Source of the DNA: Planctomycetota bacterium | GTDB taxonomy: Bacteria; Planctomycetota; Phycisphaerae; WQYP01 | Length of the DNA stretch: 64,000 nt | Direction: 5' to 3' | Assembly (NCBI GenBank): GCA_021818445.1 | Contig: JAKAEB010000011.1 | Location: 2,269 to 66,268, forward strand | In this document: piece after piece, positions 60,102 through 64,000 of the stretch | Layout: every line of letters starts with the position of its first letter | How positions within the stretch are numbered: position 1 is the stretch's first letter | Notes under the pieces: model-generated | Database searches by the model: none | What the model was told of the DNA's origin: nothing | What the model saw: only the letters and a program-made list of their open reading frames with translations | Translations under genes and position numbers: made by a program

Positions 60102-60212
60102 GCGTATCTCCATTACAAATCGCAGCGCCCGATTTCCAGGCGACTATTCCCTATCAATTCAAACTGGGGGACGGATGCGGTGGCCCGATAAACCAACGTC
60201 ACCTCGGGCCAT

Positions 60213-61916
<1,704 letters not shown>

Positions 61917-62021
61917 TTATGTCGCCCCGCCATCTGCGGGCACTACCAAAACCGTAAACCACGTGCAAAGGGACACGCTTACTTCCTCGCGCACCCCCGC
62001 CGTCGGGCACGCACGTTCCTA

Positions 62022-62038
62022 TGCAACCGCTATGCCAA
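62022..62038 (-). promoter_or_regulatory. Sigma-54 (-24/-12) promoter upstream of groEL
   Basis: TTGGCAT-AGCGG-TTGCA on the minus strand, about 120 nt before the groEL start. Confidence 0.75.
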
Positions 62039-62140
62039 GGCCAAAACAGGCTCCGCATATAAGATTGTAAGTTATTTATATTCATTATGTTATAGAATAT
62101 TTACGATGTTGATAAGCCGGTTGCGATGGGAGTGGCATCT

Positions 62141-62197
62141 CTGCCGCTGTGGCAGCATGTTAGCATGATCCGCCCCCAAGGATTGCCATAACGGCAG
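62141..62197. promoter_or_regulatory. Two TGCC-N5-GGCA palindromes, candidate enhancer (UAS) sites
   Basis: CTGCCGCTGTGGCAG (62141-62155) and TTGCCATAACGGCAG (62183-62197); centres 42 bp apart. Confidence 0.55.
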
Positions 62198-62269
62198 AGG
62201 TGATCGGGGGAGGATTTTGGCCAAATGTGAGGGGTGGTAATTTCGGGTACGAGCTTAAGGCCCATAGTG

Positions 62270-64000
62270 TCAAACGACCATGGGAAGTTTTTCGGGGCAG
62301 CGCAGCACCAGGCCGGGACGCCAGCGCAGAGATTCACCCGTCAGCACCGCACCGGGAAAACGACCGAAAAATGCCTGCAGGGCCATCTGCGCCTCGAGCT
62401 TGGCAAGCATGGCCCCCAGGCAGTAATGGATGCCAAAGCCAAAGGCGATATGCCTGTTCTCTGCGCGATCCACCTTAAATTGATCCGGGTCGGCAAACGC
62501 GGCCGGATCACGATTGGCGGCCCCGATGCCCGCGAGGATCAAATCGCCCCGGTGCACTCTCTGCCCGGCGACCTCCACATCCGTCATGGCTACGCGCCCC
62601 GTCCATTGAACGGGACTCTCAAACCGCAATATCTCTTCCACCGCCATGGCCATCGCCTTGCCATCCTGCATGGCAATGGCCCGCTGGGCAGGATGGCGAA
62701 CCAATAATAAAATACCATTGGTAATAAGGCTGGTGGTCGTCTCATGCCCCGCCATCAACAGCAGCATGCAATTGGCGATAAATTCCTCCTGAGGCAGATC
62801 GGCGGCATCCCCGTCCAGCAGTGCACCCAGCATCCCTTCATTGCTGCCGCGGGAGAGTTTCAGTTTCAGGTAATCACTGAATTCGGCGTAAGCTACGTCG
62901 GCCTGCGCCAGATCCTGCAAGGTGGAATGAATGCCAATCGCCGGTACCATGCGGTCGGACCAGGCCGACAGCACGGGGGCATCCGCATCCGGCAAGCCCA
63001 TCATGCGTGTTATGACGCTTGTAGGCAGCGGTCCGGAAAACATCTCGATCAGGTCAAACGTCCGCCGCGATGCCATTGCGTCAAGAAGGGATTGGATGAT
63101 TTCACCCATTTGGCGACGAATTAAATCCATTGAAACGGAATTAAATACACGCATAAACGCCGCTCGAATGCGGGTGTGGCGAGGAGGATCGGCAAAAAGC
63201 ATCATCGCCGGTAAACCGCGTTGACACTCAGGGGCACCGAGTTGCTTCCGCATGGCCGGTGGGAATGAATCAGATAGAAATGGGCCACGGCCAAATCGGG
63301 TATCTTTGATGACAAACTGCACATCGGCATAATTAACCGCGACAAACGCGGGCAACAGTGGATCAAGGGCAAAGGGACGCGCTTGCCGCAGGAACCGATA
63401 CATGCGAAATGGATCGGTGCGATAACCCGGATGAAGCAAACTTTTGCGAGCCAGCACCTTCCAGGGTATCCCGGCAAGAGCGGCAGCCGTTTTGAAGGAT
63501 GGAATCCGCGGCATCACGGGCCGAAAGGCACTGGCGGCCTCGAGGCCCAAAGCCCATCGCCGGCGCAAATTTGACTCCCTTTGCCATTTTCGCCAGCCAC
63601 GTTTAACTACGTCGAAAGTCAGCCCGGCTTCCTGCATGAGCCGCCCCACCGGCGAATTGCTTTCCGCCAGCGCCATTAGTAGATGCGAGGTTGAAATGTA
63701 TGATCGCCCCAACGATTGTGACAGTTTGCGGGTATGCGCGAGCAAATCCATCGTGGCGCGCGAAAATTTCAATTCGGCATTTGGGCCCGGCGGTTCATCC
63801 GATCTTGTCGCCGACATAAGGCGGCTTCGCAACGTGGAGATATCCACCCCGCTCTGTGCGATGATGTATTGTGCGCCACTGCGTTGGGAATCAATCAGCG
63901 CCAGCAGGAGATGATACGGCTCAACCAATGCCTGCGGGGCGGCAAATTTGGCGGCATCCTGCAAGATGTGACGGGTACGTGGCGGAAGTACGTCCCACAA
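62270..64000 (-). CDS. Clp N-terminal (double repeat) domain fused to cytochrome P450; start at the window edge
   Basis: N-terminal EPYHLLLAL and ISTSHLLMAL Clp repeats; P450 motifs DPPRHTRIR, AGHETT, EEILR, AANRDP, FGFGIHYCLG. Confidence 0.9.
   Translation of the reverse strand: MWDVLPPRTRHILQDAAKFAAPQALVEPYHLLLALIDSQRSGAQYIIAQSGVDISTLRSRLMSATRSDEPPGPNAELKFSRATMDLLAHTRKLSQSLGRSYISTSHLLMALAESNSPVGRLMQEAGLTFDVVKRGWRKWQRESNLRRRWALGLEAASAFRPVMPRIPSFKTAAALAGIPWKVLARKSLLHPGYRTDPFRMYRFLRQARPFALDPLLPAFVAVNYADVQFVIKDTRFGRGPFLSDSFPPAMRKQLGAPECQRGLPAMMLFADPPRHTRIRAAFMRVFNSVSMDLIRRQMGEIIQSLLDAMASRRTFDLIEMFSGPLPTSVITRMMGLPDADAPVLSAWSDRMVPAIGIHSTLQDLAQADVAYAEFSDYLKLKLSRGSNEGMLGALLDGDAADLPQEEFIANCMLLLMAGHETTTSLITNGILLLVRHPAQRAIAMQDGKAMAMAVEEILRFESPVQWTGRVAMTDVEVAGQRVHRGDLILAGIGAANRDPAAFADPDQFKVDRAENRHIAFGFGIHYCLGAMLAKLEAQMALQAFFGRFPGAVLTGESLRWRPGLVLRCPEKLPMVV

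Overview
A 64-kb chromosomal window that is mostly housekeeping genes, probably from a Planctomycetota (Phycisphaerae-like) bacterium. That placement is inferred from a prepilin/H-X9-DG (DUF1559-type) gene, a PEP-CTERM gene, a non-flagellar FlgI-like lipoprotein, short GlmU and a groEL-groES-groEL arrangement. Core genes include panB, uppS, purA, nrdR, ptsI, prs-rplY-pth-rpsF-ssb-rplI, lpdA, mraZ-rsmH, ppa, glmM, xylA/xylE, miaB, uvrD/pcrA, photolyase and the chaperone cluster. The top finding is non-coding: the mraZ-rsmH gap (about 30285-30590) is a chain of eight hairpins, each with GGA in its loop, ending in a terminator-like stem. This is the architecture of a CsrB/RsmZ-type CsrA sponge RNA, here in a non-gammaproteobacterial cell-division operon. 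Other highlights are: a cobalamin riboswitch heading a PEP-CTERM plus DUF1559 pair; a C5-methyltransferase/nuclease cassette bracketed by a 187-bp duplication of the ppa 3' end whose coding differences are all synonymous; a tRNA-fMet-adjacent nuclease-helicase (DUF2075-like); a Clp-N domain fused to a cytochrome P450; a sigma54 promoter with phased palindromes upstream of groEL; a dif-like site; a two-copy MITE-like repeat; and an Rhs C-terminal toxin at the left edge. All family names come from motif recognition by eye. No database searches were run.
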